A DNA stretch of 64,000 bases, taken from assembly GCA_945865925.1 (NCBI GenBank), contig CAMBFG010000003.1, positions 9,522 to 73,521 on the forward strand. The letters run 5' to 3'. The notes beneath the pieces were generated by a model that saw nothing but the letters and a program-made list of their open reading frames with translations, did no database searches and had not been told where the DNA came from. The stretch comes from Dehalococcoides mccartyi. GTDB taxonomy: Bacteria; Chloroflexota; Dehalococcoidia; UBA2979. Positions 10,216 through 23,267 of this stretch are shown in pieces (within the stretch, counting starts at the first letter, position 1; each line of letters begins with the position of its first letter). The translations under genes and the position numbers were made by a program.

Positions 10216-11046
10216 ATGTCCAATGACCCATGGCTGAATGCGCCGCCCGATGGCGTCGAGGCTCGCCCGAATGCGACGGCCGGGCGCGTGCTGATGGGTG
10301 GCCCCGTCGCGCTCGTCACCACGATGTGGCGAGGTAAGCCGAATATCGTGCCGATCTCCTGGCACATGCCGCTGTCCTCGCGGCCCTCGATCGTGGGGAT
10401 CGCCGTGGGGCAGGAGCGCTACACCGCGGAGATGATCCAGCACGCACAGGAATTCGCGATCAGCATCCCGACACGGCCGCTGCTCCACCACGTGCAGTAT
10501 CTGGGCACGCTTTCCGGTGAACACATCGACAAGTTCGAGGCGACCCAACTCGGGACGTTCCCACCGCGCACGATCACGGCGCCGCTGGTGGCGGGGTGCT
10601 GCGCCTGGATCGAGTGCCAGGTGGTGGAGGCGTACCCGATCGGGGACCACATCCTGTTCGCTGGCCTCGTGACCTCGGTGCAGGTGGACCCTCGATCATT
10701 TGATGACCGCTGGCTGCTGGGTGAGACGGACACACGTCCGCTCCATTTCATCGCGGGGAACCGCTACTCCACCCTCGGCAGCGTGATGGAGGCGCGCATC
10801 CCACAGGCGTCCGAGGCGCCCGAGCGCGTCCTGCGCGACCGCATCGAGGAAGAACTCGAACTCACGCGCGAGGCACGCGAACGGCGCGAGGAGGCGGTGG
10901 GCGAGCTGCGGGAGGAGGTGCGGCGCGGCCACGCCATCGACCCCGGCACCCTGGACGACCTCGCGAAGAGCGGAATCGAGATGAGCGCGGACGACCTGAT
11001 CGACCTGTCGCGCGGCACGATGCTGGGGGAGCCGCCTCGCGAGTAG
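10216..11046 (+). CDS. Flavin reductase-like (RutF/DIM6) family protein
   Basis: GPVALVTT, PNIVPISW, IECQV, GDHILFAG motifs. Confidence 0.85.
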   Translation: MSNDPWLNAPPDGVEARPNATAGRVLMGGPVALVTTMWRGKPNIVPISWHMPLSSRPSIVGIAVGQERYTAEMIQHAQEFAISIPTRPLLHHVQYLGTLSGEHIDKFEATQLGTFPPRTITAPLVAGCCAWIECQVVEAYPIGDHILFAGLVTSVQVDPRSFDDRWLLGETDTRPLHFIAGNRYSTLGSVMEARIPQASEAPERVLRDRIEEELELTREARERREEAVGELREEVRRGHAIDPGTLDDLAKSGIEMSADDLIDLSRGTMLGEPPRE

Positions 11047-11080
11047 CGAGCCGGCGAGCGGCGGGGCGACCAGGCGAAGG

Positions 11081-11305
11081 CTAGACGCGGCGCTTGAGCA
11101 CGCGGTGCTCGTCGACCTCGTAGGGGAGGTACTCGCGGCCGCACTGGTGGCAGACGAAGCCCATCGCCTTGCTGTCGTCTTCCATGACCTGCGGCCCGCG
11201 CCAGCGCGGCATCAGCGGCTTGCCGAAGCAGCACGACTCGGGCTGGGTGGCCACGCCCTTGTAGGTTGCCTTGGGAGAGCCGAAGACCTTCGAGAGCAGG
11301 GACAT
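11081..11305 (-). CDS. Small hypothetical protein with CC and CxxC (possible zinc ribbon)
   Basis: AAGGAG RBS; SCCFG...CHQCG. Confidence 0.6.
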   Translation of the reverse strand: MSLLSKVFGSPKATYKGVATQPESCCFGKPLMPRWRGPQVMEDDSKAMGFVCHQCGREYLPYEVDEHRVLKRRV

Positions 11306-11406
11306 CGCGGCGCTCCTTCATCGTGCGTGGCGCGCGGGGAGCGTAGCGCGTGGGGCGGGGTTCGCGGAAGGCAGTCGCGGAACGCGCTAGCCTCGACCGC
11401 CGCTCG

Positions 11407-12255
11407 TTAGGCGTCGCGCTCCACCGGCAACTGTGGCAGGCGCGACCACTCGGCCCAGGAGCCGTCGTAGTTGCGGGCGGTCTGCCAGCCGAGGACCTCG
11501 TGCATCGCGAACCAGGAGGCGGCGGAGCGGATGCCGCCGCCGCAGTAGGGGTAGACCTCGCGGGTGCCATCGATGCCAGCGGCGGCGTAGAGCGAGCGCA
11601 GGCGGTCCGGCGGGAGGAAGCGGCCGTCGTCATCGACGAGGAGTTCCCAGTTCAGGTGCTGCGCGCGGGGGATGCGGCCGTAGCGGGGCGCCTCGTGGCC
11701 CGCGCCCGCGACACCGTGGAACTCGTCGTCCGTACGGCAGTCGAGGATCGTCGCGTCGCCTTTGCCTTCGGAGGCGGCGAGGACTTCCTCCCATGAGGAG
11801 TAGACCGCCGGGTCGCCTTCGCCGAGGTGAGGTGTGGTCGCGGCGAAGCGCGGTTCGTCCTTCGTCAGGGTGATGCCGTCGCGCGCGAGTGCGGCGGTGG
11901 AGCGGTCGGTGATGTGGACGTTGGGGAAGCGGTAGTACTTCAGCACCCAGTAGGCGCGATGCGGCCACATCGACTTGCCCGCCGCGACGCAGACGACGGT
12001 GTGCGACTCGTCGATGCCGAGGCGGGCGAGGGTGGCCTCGACCTCTTCGCGGTACGGGACGAGGGCGCGGATGCCGCCGCGTTCGACGGTGGTGTCGTCG
12101 TAGCCATGCACCCAGATTGCACCGGGCAGGTGGCCACCCTCGTACTCCTTCGCGCGGTCGAGGCCGACGTGGAGGATGCGGAGGGACGGATCGTTGAGGT
12201 GAGCGCGGAGCCAGTCGGCACTGACGATGGCATCAGGATTCGGCTGGTCAGGCAT
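11407..12255 (-). CDS. Tandem-rhodanese sulfurtransferase (SseA-like)
   Basis: GHLPGA, YCGGGIRS active-site Cys, YDGSWAEW. Confidence 0.9.
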   Translation of the reverse strand: MPDQPNPDAIVSADWLRAHLNDPSLRILHVGLDRAKEYEGGHLPGAIWVHGYDDTTVERGGIRALVPYREEVEATLARLGIDESHTVVCVAAGKSMWPHRAYWVLKYYRFPNVHITDRSTAALARDGITLTKDEPRFAATTPHLGEGDPAVYSSWEEVLAASEGKGDATILDCRTDDEFHGVAGAGHEAPRYGRIPRAQHLNWELLVDDDGRFLPPDRLRSLYAAAGIDGTREVYPYCGGGIRSAASWFAMHEVLGWQTARNYDGSWAEWSRLPQLPVERDA

Positions 12256-12288
12256 TCGAGGCTCCTCGCATCACCGCTGGAACGGTCG

Positions 12289-13854
12289 CTACTCGTCGGT
12301 GCCGGACTCGGGCGCGCTGCCGCTGTCCGCGCCATCCGAGGCGCCACGGCCTCGACCACCGCGGCGGCCACGACGGCGACGGCGGCGCTGTTCCTCGGAC
12401 TCACCGGGGACATCGGCTCCGGGGGTGCCGGGGGTGCCGTCCGAGGGCGGGCGGGGCGTTTCGCTGCGGGCTTCGGTGCGCGGCGGGCGCGGAGTCGTGT
12501 CGCGAGGAGCTGCGTCGCGAGGCGGGCGCGGGGTCGCGCTGCCAGCAGCGTCGGTGGGACGGGCGGCGCGACGCGTGACGCGGATGCCGCCGATCGTCGT
12601 GCGCTCGATGCGAGGGGCGTCGTCGCGCGGCGGGCGCTCACGGCCAGCATCGCGCGGGGCACCATCGCGAGGCGGGCGGGCGTCGCCGTCACGGCGGCTG
12701 CGAGTGCCGCCCGCGGGTGGCGCGTCGCGACGCGGACGGGCGGTGTCGTTCAAGGCGGCGGGGCGCTGACGCAGCGGGCGCGGGCCACGCGGCTCGTCGG
12801 TACGGTCGTCCGGGACAGCGGCAGCGTCGAGGTCACGCAGCGGGCGCTCGTCGCGCACCTCGCGGCCGGGGGCGTCGAAGGCGGCGCGGCTGGAGCGACG
12901 TGGGGCGCGGCGGTCAGTCGGTTCGAGGGCGGCGAGGAAGAGCACGCGGCGCTCCTCGTCCTCGCGGCGGAAGTTCTCCTCCACGTCGGCGTCGAGTTCC
13001 TCGGGGCGGATCGCGGTACCCATCTGCTGACGGATCGTCTCGGCGCCGAGTTCGATGACCTGGCCGGTCTCGTCCATGCGCAGGCGGACGGTCTCGTTGA
13101 TGGCGTTGATCGAGATGACCTTCGCCTTGCCGATCGGCGTGGTGATGCGCTTCCCGACCTTCGGCAGCGTGCCGACGATCTCGCGGTAGGCGTCCACCTC
13201 GAAGGCGAGGCAGCAGAGGAGGCGTCCGCAGGCGCCGGATATCTTCGACGGGTTGGGCGCGAGGCCCTGGTCCTTAGCCATCTTGATCGAGATCGCGGGA
13301 AACTCCGTCATCCAGGTGGAGCAGCAGAGTCCGCGCCCGCACTGGCCGAGGCCGCCCAGCGCCTTCGCGCGGTCACGGTCGCCGACCTGCTCGATCTCGA
13401 GGTTGGGGATCTGGAGGAACTGTGCGGCGTCCCGGTGCAGACGCTCTTCGCCGTGGAACTCGTTCGCGGTGTAGGTCAGTTCGCCGTAGGTGTGTTCGAG
13501 GTCATAGGTGATGTTCGCGACGCGCACGCGGGCGTCGATGCGCGAGACGACCGCGGTCTGCACGCGCAGGATGTCCGCCTTCGCGCGCTCCGCCTGGTTG
13601 CGCCAGCGGGTGACATCGGACTCCGCGGCGAGGCGGTCGATCACGCGCGAGGGGCCATCGACGAGGTTGCCGAGCACCTGGTCAGCACCGACGACGACCC
13701 AGCCGAGCCGCTCACCTCGATTGCCGCGCACGATGACGTAGTCACCGACGCCGAGGATGAGGTCGCCGGGCGAGCAGTAGGAGATCGGGCCGGCATCGGC
13801 GTAGCGGACGCCGACATGGGCGCGGGAGGGGGCGCGGCGAGTGTCGGTGGTCAT
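12289..13854 (-). CDS. ricT: PSP1-domain RicT/YaaT family Fe-S protein with a long disordered Arg/Pro-rich tail
   Basis: GQCGRGLCC, ISIKMAKDQGL, SGACGRLLCCL; ATGA overlap with holB as in the holB-yaaT synteny. Confidence 0.88.
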   Translation of the reverse strand: MTTDTRRAPSRAHVGVRYADAGPISYCSPGDLILGVGDYVIVRGNRGERLGWVVVGADQVLGNLVDGPSRVIDRLAAESDVTRWRNQAERAKADILRVQTAVVSRIDARVRVANITYDLEHTYGELTYTANEFHGEERLHRDAAQFLQIPNLEIEQVGDRDRAKALGGLGQCGRGLCCSTWMTEFPAISIKMAKDQGLAPNPSKISGACGRLLCCLAFEVDAYREIVGTLPKVGKRITTPIGKAKVISINAINETVRLRMDETGQVIELGAETIRQQMGTAIRPEELDADVEENFRREDEERRVLFLAALEPTDRRAPRRSSRAAFDAPGREVRDERPLRDLDAAAVPDDRTDEPRGPRPLRQRPAALNDTARPRRDAPPAGGTRSRRDGDARPPRDGAPRDAGRERPPRDDAPRIERTTIGGIRVTRRAARPTDAAGSATPRPPRDAAPRDTTPRPPRTEARSETPRPPSDGTPGTPGADVPGESEEQRRRRRRGRRGGRGRGASDGADSGSAPESGTDE

Positions 13855-14918
13855 GCAACACCTGCTGTCGCTGGAACCTGGGCCAAGACGGGCAGGTCGA
13901 GCATCATCACTTCGAGGGCGAGCGTGGCGTTGGTGTTCCCCTGCAGGTGCAGGCGAGCGGTCTGCACGGCGCGCAGCGCGCGCACGGCGTCGGCTGGCGT
14001 CAGGCCGGCGGCGTCCTGGATGGCTTCGGGCGCGGCGTCGAGGCCGGAGGTGGCGAGCAGCACCTCGCGCCACCAGTCACGCCAGAGGTCGACGGTCGCG
14101 AGGACGCTCTCGCGCTCGCGGTACCAACCGGCGCCGAGGCGGTCGGCGACATCGAAACGCTCGTTTCGGCCCGCGCGCATCAGGCGGCGGACTTCGTCGG
14201 TCGCGGACTGGCGCAGGACGGCCAGCGAGGGGTCAGCCTGCATCCGCATCGCGAGGCCGTAGCGCCCGTGGGCGAGCCGCGCGAGGCTCATCGCCTCGTC
14301 CGTCGGGAGACCGGCGTGCTCGCGAAGCGCGGCAGCGAGGCCGGCGTGGGAGAGCGGCCGCAGCACGATCTCCTGGCAGCGGGAGCGGATCGTCGGGAGG
14401 AGCGCGTCGACATCGGAAGCGAGCAGGAGAAGGAGCGTGTCGCCGGGCGGCTCTTCGAGGGTCTTGAGGATGGCGTGCGCGGCCTCGGGCTGGAGGTCGT
14501 CCGCACCGTCCACGATGAAGATCCGGCGCGAGACCGCGAACGGCGCCAGCGAGGCGACACGCTCCAGGCGGCGGATCTGGCAAATGCGGATGCGCGTCGA
14601 GTTGTCGGAGGAGTGGTCGTGGCTCGCTTCGTCGCAGACGCCTCGGATGGCGATGCGCTCGATGTCGGGCGAGGTGCCCGCCTCGATCTGCTGCGCCGCC
14701 CGCGACGCGAGGTCGGGGAGCGTAGGGTCTTCGGTGCTGGGGGCGACGAGGGTCTGCGCGAGCCGGCGTGCGAGGAGGGCCTTGCCGACGCCCGGCGGCC
14801 CGGCGAAGAGGTAGGCGTGCGCGAAGTGTCCGCCCGCGATGGCGCGGCGCAGCACCTCGACGGCGGCGTCCTGTCCGACGACACCCCAGGCGTTCGCCTC
14901 GGTGGTTGAGGTAGTCAC
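13851..14918 (-). CDS. holB: DNA polymerase III delta' subunit
   Basis: HAYLFAGPPGVGK, ILKTLEEPP, LLPTIRSRC. Confidence 0.9.
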   Translation of the reverse strand: MTTSTTEANAWGVVGQDAAVEVLRRAIAGGHFAHAYLFAGPPGVGKALLARRLAQTLVAPSTEDPTLPDLASRAAQQIEAGTSPDIERIAIRGVCDEASHDHSSDNSTRIRICQIRRLERVASLAPFAVSRRIFIVDGADDLQPEAAHAILKTLEEPPGDTLLLLLASDVDALLPTIRSRCQEIVLRPLSHAGLAAALREHAGLPTDEAMSLARLAHGRYGLAMRMQADPSLAVLRQSATDEVRRLMRAGRNERFDVADRLGAGWYRERESVLATVDLWRDWWREVLLATSGLDAAPEAIQDAAGLTPADAVRALRAVQTARLHLQGNTNATLALEVMMLDLPVLAQVPATAGVA

Positions 14919-15096
14919 GATATTGCCCGAACCCCGCTCGAGGCGGTGTCTGTGAATCTAGTGGAGCCCCCCGCAGCGTCGCCCGAGGCGGCGCGAGGTG
15001 AACCGCTGGAGATTGTCTCATGCCTCGACAGAGCGGGGGGGCCGCTGCCCGAGGGGTGCGCCGCGAGGGGCATCCGGCAGTGGTCAGGCGGAGATC

Positions 15097-15130
15097 CGTA
15101 CCGCCTCGCTCCGCGAGGGTGGGGCCACCC
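15097..15130. repeat. Short dispersed intergenic repeat, copy 1
   Basis: CGTACCGCCTCGCTCCGCGAGGGTGGGGCCACCC, nearly identical to 16330-16363. Confidence 0.6.
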
Positions 15131-15321
15131 ATTCGCGTTCCGAGGGGATGGTCGATTGCCGTCTGACGACCTTGAGACAAGTGCCGTGAAGCGGGTGAGG
15201 GGATGGTGGGTGCGCTACTATCCCGCGGGCACCTCGGAAGGGGTGTCTGCGGTAGGGGCGCGCGCGCACCAGACGAGGCGGCTTGCTTCGGGCGCGACGC
15301 GATAGTGATAGAGGAGGGGCA

Positions 15322-15795
15322 GTGCCTGACGAACTACCCGACCTGACGCCAGAGATGAAGGCGGCCATCGGCAAACCCGGTGCACCGACCACCTACGAGG
15401 TGACGAGCCTGGGCATCCGCACATTTGGGCGGGCCGTGGGCTACAAGAACGCGATCTACTTCGACGCTGCGGCGGCGAAGGCGGCTGGGCACAAGGACCT
15501 GGTGTCCCCCCCGGGGTACTTCGGGATGCCGGTGTTCAACCCGAACGCGGCTGCTGGCCGCGCCGCCGACTTCGAGACGCCGTTCAAGCGCAATCTGAAT
15601 GGTGGCACCGGGGTCTTCCCGATCGAGCGCGTCTTCGCAGGCGATGTCCTGGACGCGGTCACGACGCTGGTCGACCTGAAGCTCGACCGCGGCCGGCTGG
15701 GCCAGATGCTCATCCGGACGTCCGAGACGGTCTACACGCGCAAGTCCGACGGCAAGGTGGTCGCGAAGACTCGCGGCACCGGGCTGTCCTACTAG
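15322..15795 (+). CDS. MaoC/FAS1-like dehydratase N-terminal-type hotdog protein (HadA-like)
   Basis: IRTFGRAVG..NAIY.D, LNGGT, hotdog strand pattern; GAGGAGG RBS before GTG. Confidence 0.8.
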   Translation: MPDELPDLTPEMKAAIGKPGAPTTYEVTSLGIRTFGRAVGYKNAIYFDAAAAKAAGHKDLVSPPGYFGMPVFNPNAAAGRAADFETPFKRNLNGGTGVFPIERVFAGDVLDAVTTLVDLKLDRGRLGQMLIRTSETVYTRKSDGKVVAKTRGTGLSY

Positions 15796-15816
15796 CGATA
15801 GCGCGAGGAGACGACG

Positions 15817-16239
15817 ATGGCACAGACGATGTGGGATGACGTGTCGGAGGGTCAGGAGATCACTCTGACCGAGTCGACCTCCAGCCAGCGCCTGGTGATC
15901 TGGGCGGCCGCCTCAGGCGACTTCTACCAGATCCACTACGACGACAACTTCGCGAAGGGGAACAACCTGCCGGACATCATTGTCCACGGGGCCCTGAAGG
16001 GGATGCTGGTCGGCCGTCTGCTGGACGAGTTCGCCGGCGACAAGGGCTGGATCGAGTCGTGGGACGTGTCGTACCGCGGCATGGACAAGGCTCGCGAGGA
16101 CATGACGGTCTGGGGCAAGGTCACCAAGAAGTACCAGGAGAGCGGGAAGAACCTCGTCGACCTGGACGTTGGTGTGCGCCAGGTCAACGGCACGGAGACG
16201 ACGCCCGGTCGGGCGACGTTGAGCCTGCCGAAGAAGTAG
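15817..16239 (+). CDS. MaoC family (R)-hydratase/dehydratase (HadB-like)
   Basis: ASGDFYQIHYD hydratase motif, IVHG. Confidence 0.85.
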   Translation: MAQTMWDDVSEGQEITLTESTSSQRLVIWAAASGDFYQIHYDDNFAKGNNLPDIIVHGALKGMLVGRLLDEFAGDKGWIESWDVSYRGMDKAREDMTVWGKVTKKYQESGKNLVDLDVGVRQVNGTETTPGRATLSLPKK

Positions 16240-16329
16240 CACTCGCCTTCGCGGTTGCGAAGTACGGACGCCCGGCCGGAAGGTCGGGCGTTCTGTTTGC
16301 CTCTGGGGATTCGAGGCAGGCGGGAGCCT

Positions 16330-16449
16330 CGTACCGCCTCGCTTCGCGAGGGCGGCCCCACCCCCTGCCCCCGCCCCTCGGGGGCGGGGGTTCAAGAAGC
16401 GAGGTCGACCCCACCCCCCAGCCCCCTCCCCTTCCAGGGGAGGGGGAGC
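16330..16449. repeat. REP-like GC-rich palindrome cluster including copy 2 of the dispersed repeat
   Basis: Copy 2 at 16330-16363, then two CCCCACCCCC...CCCC/GGGG hairpins at about 16356-16390 and 16408-16449. Confidence 0.55.
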
Positions 16450-16553
16450 CGGAACAGAAGACACGGCACGACACGACCTCGACTCGGAGGACACGACCTA
16501 GAGGCGGGAAGCGGACGCCTGCGGATGCGGGCGGCGTCCCCTACATTCGAGGG

Positions 16554-17831
16554 ATGCTGGACCTCACTACTTACCCACTCGAAACACTGGCGCGGCAGGT
16601 CGGGACGCCGTTCTTCCTGTACGACGGCGCGATGCTGCGTGCGCGGATGGCGGAGGTCGCGGCGGCGACTGAGGGCACCTCGCTGCATGGGCGCTATGCG
16701 ATGAAAGCGAACTCGGCCCGCTACGTGCTCGATGCGGCGCGCGAGGCGGGGCTGTGGATCGATGCGGTGAGCGGCAACGAGGTGGAGCGCGCGATGCGCG
16801 CGGGCTTCGCGGCCGGGCATGAGCCGCCGACGATCATGTTCACGGCAGATGTGTTCCGCGACAACGCGCTCGGCACGGTTGTGCAGCACGACATTCTGCC
16901 GAACATCGGCTCGCCGGGGATGATCCGCGAACTGCACGAGGCGGGATACCAGGGGCCAATCGCGATCCGCGTGAACCCGGGCTTCGGCCACGGGCACGTC
17001 GAGGCCTGCGACACCGGCGGGCCATCCTCGAAGCACGGGATCTGGTACGAGGACATCGATGACGTCGCAGCGCTGGCGAAGAGCGCGGGGTTCTCGGTGG
17101 TCGGATTGCATGCACATGTGGGCACGGGGCCGCAGATCGGTGAGTTCGACTTCAACATGCGGCGGCTGGTCGGGGTGTTCGACGATCTGCTGCAGCGCTT
17201 CCCGGACGTCGCTTCGGTGAACCTCGGTGGTGGGATCCCGCACCCGTACCGCTTCGAGGGGCAGGCGTACGACCTCGGCGGGTACCGGACGCTGATGCTG
17301 GAGGCGGCCTCGACGCTGTCGGAGTCAGCAGGCCACCCGGTCGCGATCGAGATCGAGCCGGGCCGCTATCCCGTCGCCGGGATGGCGATCCTCGTCGCAC
17401 GGGTCACGGACGTGAAGGAGACTCGCACGAACGAGAAGGGGTCGGGCCACCGCTTCGTGATGGTGGACGCGGGCTTCAACGACCTGATCCGTCCGGCGAT
17501 GTACGGCTCGTACCACGAGATCTCAGTCGTCGGGCGCGGGGCATCGAAGACGCCCGAGCCGCTCGTGGTCGCGGGGCCGCTCTGCGAAAGCGGCGATGTC
17601 TTCACCCGCGACGATCAGGAGCTGCTGGTCCCGCGCGCCCTCGGCCGTCCCGAACCGGGCGACCTGCTCGTGGTGCACGATGCAGGCGCGTACGGGGCGG
17701 CGATGTCCTCGAACTACGTGTCGATGGGACGGGCGGCGCAGGTCGCCTGGGACGACGGCCACGCGACGCTCATCGCGCGCCGCGAAACCCTCGATGACGT
17801 GCTGCGGCAGGAGTGCGCGGAGGCGCTGTAG
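16554..17831 (+). CDS. lysA: Diaminopimelate decarboxylase
   Basis: YAMKAN PLP-Lys, SKHG, EPGRY, GPLCESGD, GAYG.AMSSNY. Confidence 0.93.
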   Translation: MLDLTTYPLETLARQVGTPFFLYDGAMLRARMAEVAAATEGTSLHGRYAMKANSARYVLDAAREAGLWIDAVSGNEVERAMRAGFAAGHEPPTIMFTADVFRDNALGTVVQHDILPNIGSPGMIRELHEAGYQGPIAIRVNPGFGHGHVEACDTGGPSSKHGIWYEDIDDVAALAKSAGFSVVGLHAHVGTGPQIGEFDFNMRRLVGVFDDLLQRFPDVASVNLGGGIPHPYRFEGQAYDLGGYRTLMLEAASTLSESAGHPVAIEIEPGRYPVAGMAILVARVTDVKETRTNEKGSGHRFVMVDAGFNDLIRPAMYGSYHEISVVGRGASKTPEPLVVAGPLCESGDVFTRDDQELLVPRALGRPEPGDLLVVHDAGAYGAAMSSNYVSMGRAAQVAWDDGHATLIARRETLDDVLRQECAEAL

Positions 17832-17840
17832 GCGACTGCC

Positions 17841-20426
<2,586 letters not shown>

Positions 20427-20460
20427 CGCAGACTCTCGCTCTCGGGCCTCGGTCGGGGCG

Positions 20461-21420
20461 CTATCGGAACAACGCGCCGACGGAACCGCCCGTGTGGATA
20501 CGGTGCATCGCGTCGCCGATCAGCGGCGCGACACTCAGGACGCGGGTGGGGACGTGCTTGAACTGCCCGTGGACCAGCGGCAGCGTGTCCGTGAACACGA
20601 TCTCGTCCACCTCGGGGATGTCGAGGGCCTCGAACGCCTTCGCGGACATGACGGGGTGGACACAGGCGACGCGGACGGAGCGCGCACCGCGCTGGCGCAG
20701 CAGGCGCACCGCGGAGGCGACGGTTCCACCGGTGAGGACCTCGTCGTCCAGGACGATGCAGTCGCGGCCCTCGACGTCACCGATGAGCGTCATCGCCTCA
20801 GCCTGCTCGAGGTTCCCGGTGCGCTTCTTGTCCACGATGGCGAAGTCGCCATTCACGCGCGAAGCGATGTCGCGCGCGAGTTTGGCGCGGCCGACATCCG
20901 GTGCCACGATCGTCGGCAGGCTGAACGACTGGGAGCGCACGTACTCCGCGATCAAGGGGAACGCCGTCAACTCGTCCAGCGGGATATTGAAGAACCCCTG
21001 GATCTGGCCAGCGTGCATGTCGATCGTGAGCACGCGTGAGGCACCGGCGACCTCGATGAAGTTCGCGACGAGGCGGGCGGTGACGGGGACGCGGGGCTGG
21101 TCCTTTTTGTCGGAGCGGCCGTAGGCGTAGTACGGGATGACAGCGGTGATCCGCCCGGCCGAGGCGCGCTTCGCCGCGTCGATCATGACGAGGAGTTCCA
21201 TCAGCCGCGTGTTCACGGGGGACACGATGGGCTGGATGATGAACACGTCGCGCTCGCGGATGTTGTCCAGGTACCGGACGAAGACTTCCTCGTTCGAGAA
21301 CTGGAAGACCTCGCAGTCCCCCAGCGGCATCTCAAGGTGCTTCGCGACGGATTCCGCGAGCCCACGGTGCGAGTTGCCCGTGAAGACAGCCATCTCCTGA
21401 AACACGGGCAAACTCCTCAC
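20461..21420 (-). CDS. prs: Ribose-phosphate pyrophosphokinase
   Basis: [31 protein letters not shown]. Confidence 0.95.
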   Translation of the reverse strand: MRSLPVFQEMAVFTGNSHRGLAESVAKHLEMPLGDCEVFQFSNEEVFVRYLDNIRERDVFIIQPIVSPVNTRLMELLVMIDAAKRASAGRITAVIPYYAYGRSDKKDQPRVPVTARLVANFIEVAGASRVLTIDMHAGQIQGFFNIPLDELTAFPLIAEYVRSQSFSLPTIVAPDVGRAKLARDIASRVNGDFAIVDKKRTGNLEQAEAMTLIGDVEGRDCIVLDDEVLTGGTVASAVRLLRQRGARSVRVACVHPVMSAKAFEALDIPEVDEIVFTDTLPLVHGQFKHVPTRVLSVAPLIGDAMHRIHTGGSVGALFR

Positions 21421-21495
21421 GTCGGGGACTTCGATCCTACCACTCGCGCCCGGTTGGGCTCCCGTGGGGAATCTGTCCGAGGGGGAGGCGAGGGC

Positions 21496-22500
21496 CTACT
21501 GCCTCAGCGGTTTCGCCGGTGGGCGGCGCTTTACGGTGGGGTGGATATCCAGTGGCGCCTCCGGGCGCACCCGCTCATCGAAGTGCGCGAAGGCGGCAGC
21601 GGCGATCATCGCGCCGTTGTCCGTGCAGAGGATGGGTGGCGGCATCCAGACCGACACTGGCGACCGCTCCAGCACCCGCTCCCGCAGGCGGTGGTTCGCG
21701 GCCACCCCCCCGGCGAGCAGCACGGAGGCGACACTTTCGCGCTCGGCGGCTCGGGCTGCCTTCTCCGACAGCACGTCCACCACGCTCTCCTCGAAGGCCC
21801 AGGCGATCTCCGCGCGGGGGGGCGGGTTCGGCGACTGCACCAGCTGGAGCACCGCCGTCTTCAGGCCGGAGAACGAGGTGTCGTCGCTGCCTCGAAGCCA
21901 GGCGCGCGGGAGGCTCAGCGTGCGCGCAGTCGCCGTCGCAGCGAGCGCCGAGAGCGGCGGCCCCCCGGGGTAACCGAGGCCCAGCAGCCGCGCGACCTTG
22001 TCGAAGGCCTCGCCGGCGGCGTCGTCCCGCGTCCCCCCGAGGCGGGTGAACGAGCCGTCCTCTTCCACGAGCAGGAGTTCGGTGTGGCCGCCCGACACGA
22101 CGAGGGCGAGCGCTGGCAGTTCCGGCACGGTCTCCGCGAGCCAGTTCGCGCGGACGTGGCCCTCGATGTGGTCGACCGGGATGAGTGGCAGGCCTCGTCC
22201 GTAGGCGAGCCCTCGCGCTGCGTTCAGCCCGACGACGAGCGCGCCCGGCAGCCCCGGCCCCGCCGTGACGGCGATGGCATCGATGTCGTCCCAGCCGCAC
22301 GAGGCCTCGGCGAGCGCCGCCCGGACGACGGGGACGAGGGCGCGCAGGTGGGCGCGGGCCGCGACCTCCGGCACCACGCCGCCGGTCTCGCGGTGCAACT
22401 CGGTCTGGGAGGCGATGACGTTGGAAAGCAGGCGCCGGCCATCCTCGACGACGGCGGCCGCCGTCTCGTCACAGGAGGACTCGATGCCGAGGATGCGCAT
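21496..22500 (-). CDS. tsaD: tRNA threonylcarbamoyladenosine transferase TsaD
   Basis: ILGIESSCDET, HIEGH, VSGGHT, DDAAGEAFDKVAR, CTDNGAMI. Confidence 0.96.
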   Translation of the reverse strand: MRILGIESSCDETAAAVVEDGRRLLSNVIASQTELHRETGGVVPEVAARAHLRALVPVVRAALAEASCGWDDIDAIAVTAGPGLPGALVVGLNAARGLAYGRGLPLIPVDHIEGHVRANWLAETVPELPALALVVSGGHTELLLVEEDGSFTRLGGTRDDAAGEAFDKVARLLGLGYPGGPPLSALAATATARTLSLPRAWLRGSDDTSFSGLKTAVLQLVQSPNPPPRAEIAWAFEESVVDVLSEKAARAAERESVASVLLAGGVAANHRLRERVLERSPVSVWMPPPILCTDNGAMIAAAAFAHFDERVRPEAPLDIHPTVKRRPPAKPLRQ

Positions 22501-22538
22501 GGCTGACCTGACCGGGCTTCGCGGGACACCCTCGAAGC

Positions 22539-23267
22539 CTACGGGAGGCGGGCGGCCAGCGCCTTCAACTCGTCCAGTTCCCACTGCCCGACATCGCCCG
22601 TCTCCGCCTTCAGGCGCCACGCGACGTTGAACATGTAGGAGACGAACGACCACTGCTCCGCCGACATCGAGACTGGCATCCGCAGGGACTCGTCTCGCCA
22701 CCGGAGGAAGGGCGACCACTCCGGGCAGATCACGATGTCCACCCAGGTGCAGGAGCGCTGGTAGGTGGTGTGCGGGATGGTGTGCCAGTCCTCCTTCAGC
22801 ACCTCGTCGTCTGTGACGCTGCTGAAGATCGGGTACTCGCCACACGCCGAGTGTCGAGGGCTTCCGAAGAGGCCGCAGAGCGCGGTGCCATCGTCCTCCA
22901 GCCGGAGAGCACTACACACGAAGCCGGGGCCGTCCCCCTTCGCGTCCTCTTCGCGCCACGCACGAGGGGCGCCGGTCTTCGTGAGCGGGATGATCAGCGG
23001 GACGCCGCCGTTGTACTTCTTCCACTGGTGCTTCGGCAGGCGGCCGAAGGTGTACATGTGCAGGGGTTTTGCGTCGCTGCGGGTCGAGGTGCAGCAACCG
23101 CCGCAGAGGTTGCAGTCCCACGACCGCGCCTCCGCCAACGTCACGTAGCGGAAGTTCGAGGGCGGCACGCTGAACTTCTCGTTCTCGTTGTAGGTGTGGT
23201 CAGGGGCGACGACCGGGGTGTCGGCGGGGACACCGACGTACGACGTATGGGGTCGGGGCAACTCCAC
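22539..23267 (-). CDS. YkgJ/CxxCxxCC cysteine-cluster protein
   Basis: CNLCGGCC, later C..L, CGLFGSPRHSACGEYP; GAGAGG RBS before GTG (start uncertain). Confidence 0.65.
   Translation of the reverse strand: MELPRPHTSYVGVPADTPVVAPDHTYNENEKFSVPPSNFRYVTLAEARSWDCNLCGGCCTSTRSDAKPLHMYTFGRLPKHQWKKYNGGVPLIIPLTKTGAPRAWREEDAKGDGPGFVCSALRLEDDGTALCGLFGSPRHSACGEYPIFSSVTDDEVLKEDWHTIPHTTYQRSCTWVDIVICPEWSPFLRWRDESLRMPVSMSAEQWSFVSYMFNVAWRLKAETGDVGQWELDELKALAARLP

Noticed and set aside
15012-15180. MITE bounded by TTGTCTCA/TGAGACAA
   Set aside because: Only 8-bp inverted repeats with no target-site duplication, which is compatible with chance.
16240-16553. Lysine riboswitch upstream of lysA
   Set aside because: The conserved L-box elements are not evident; the region is REP-like hairpins and lysA appears leaderless.
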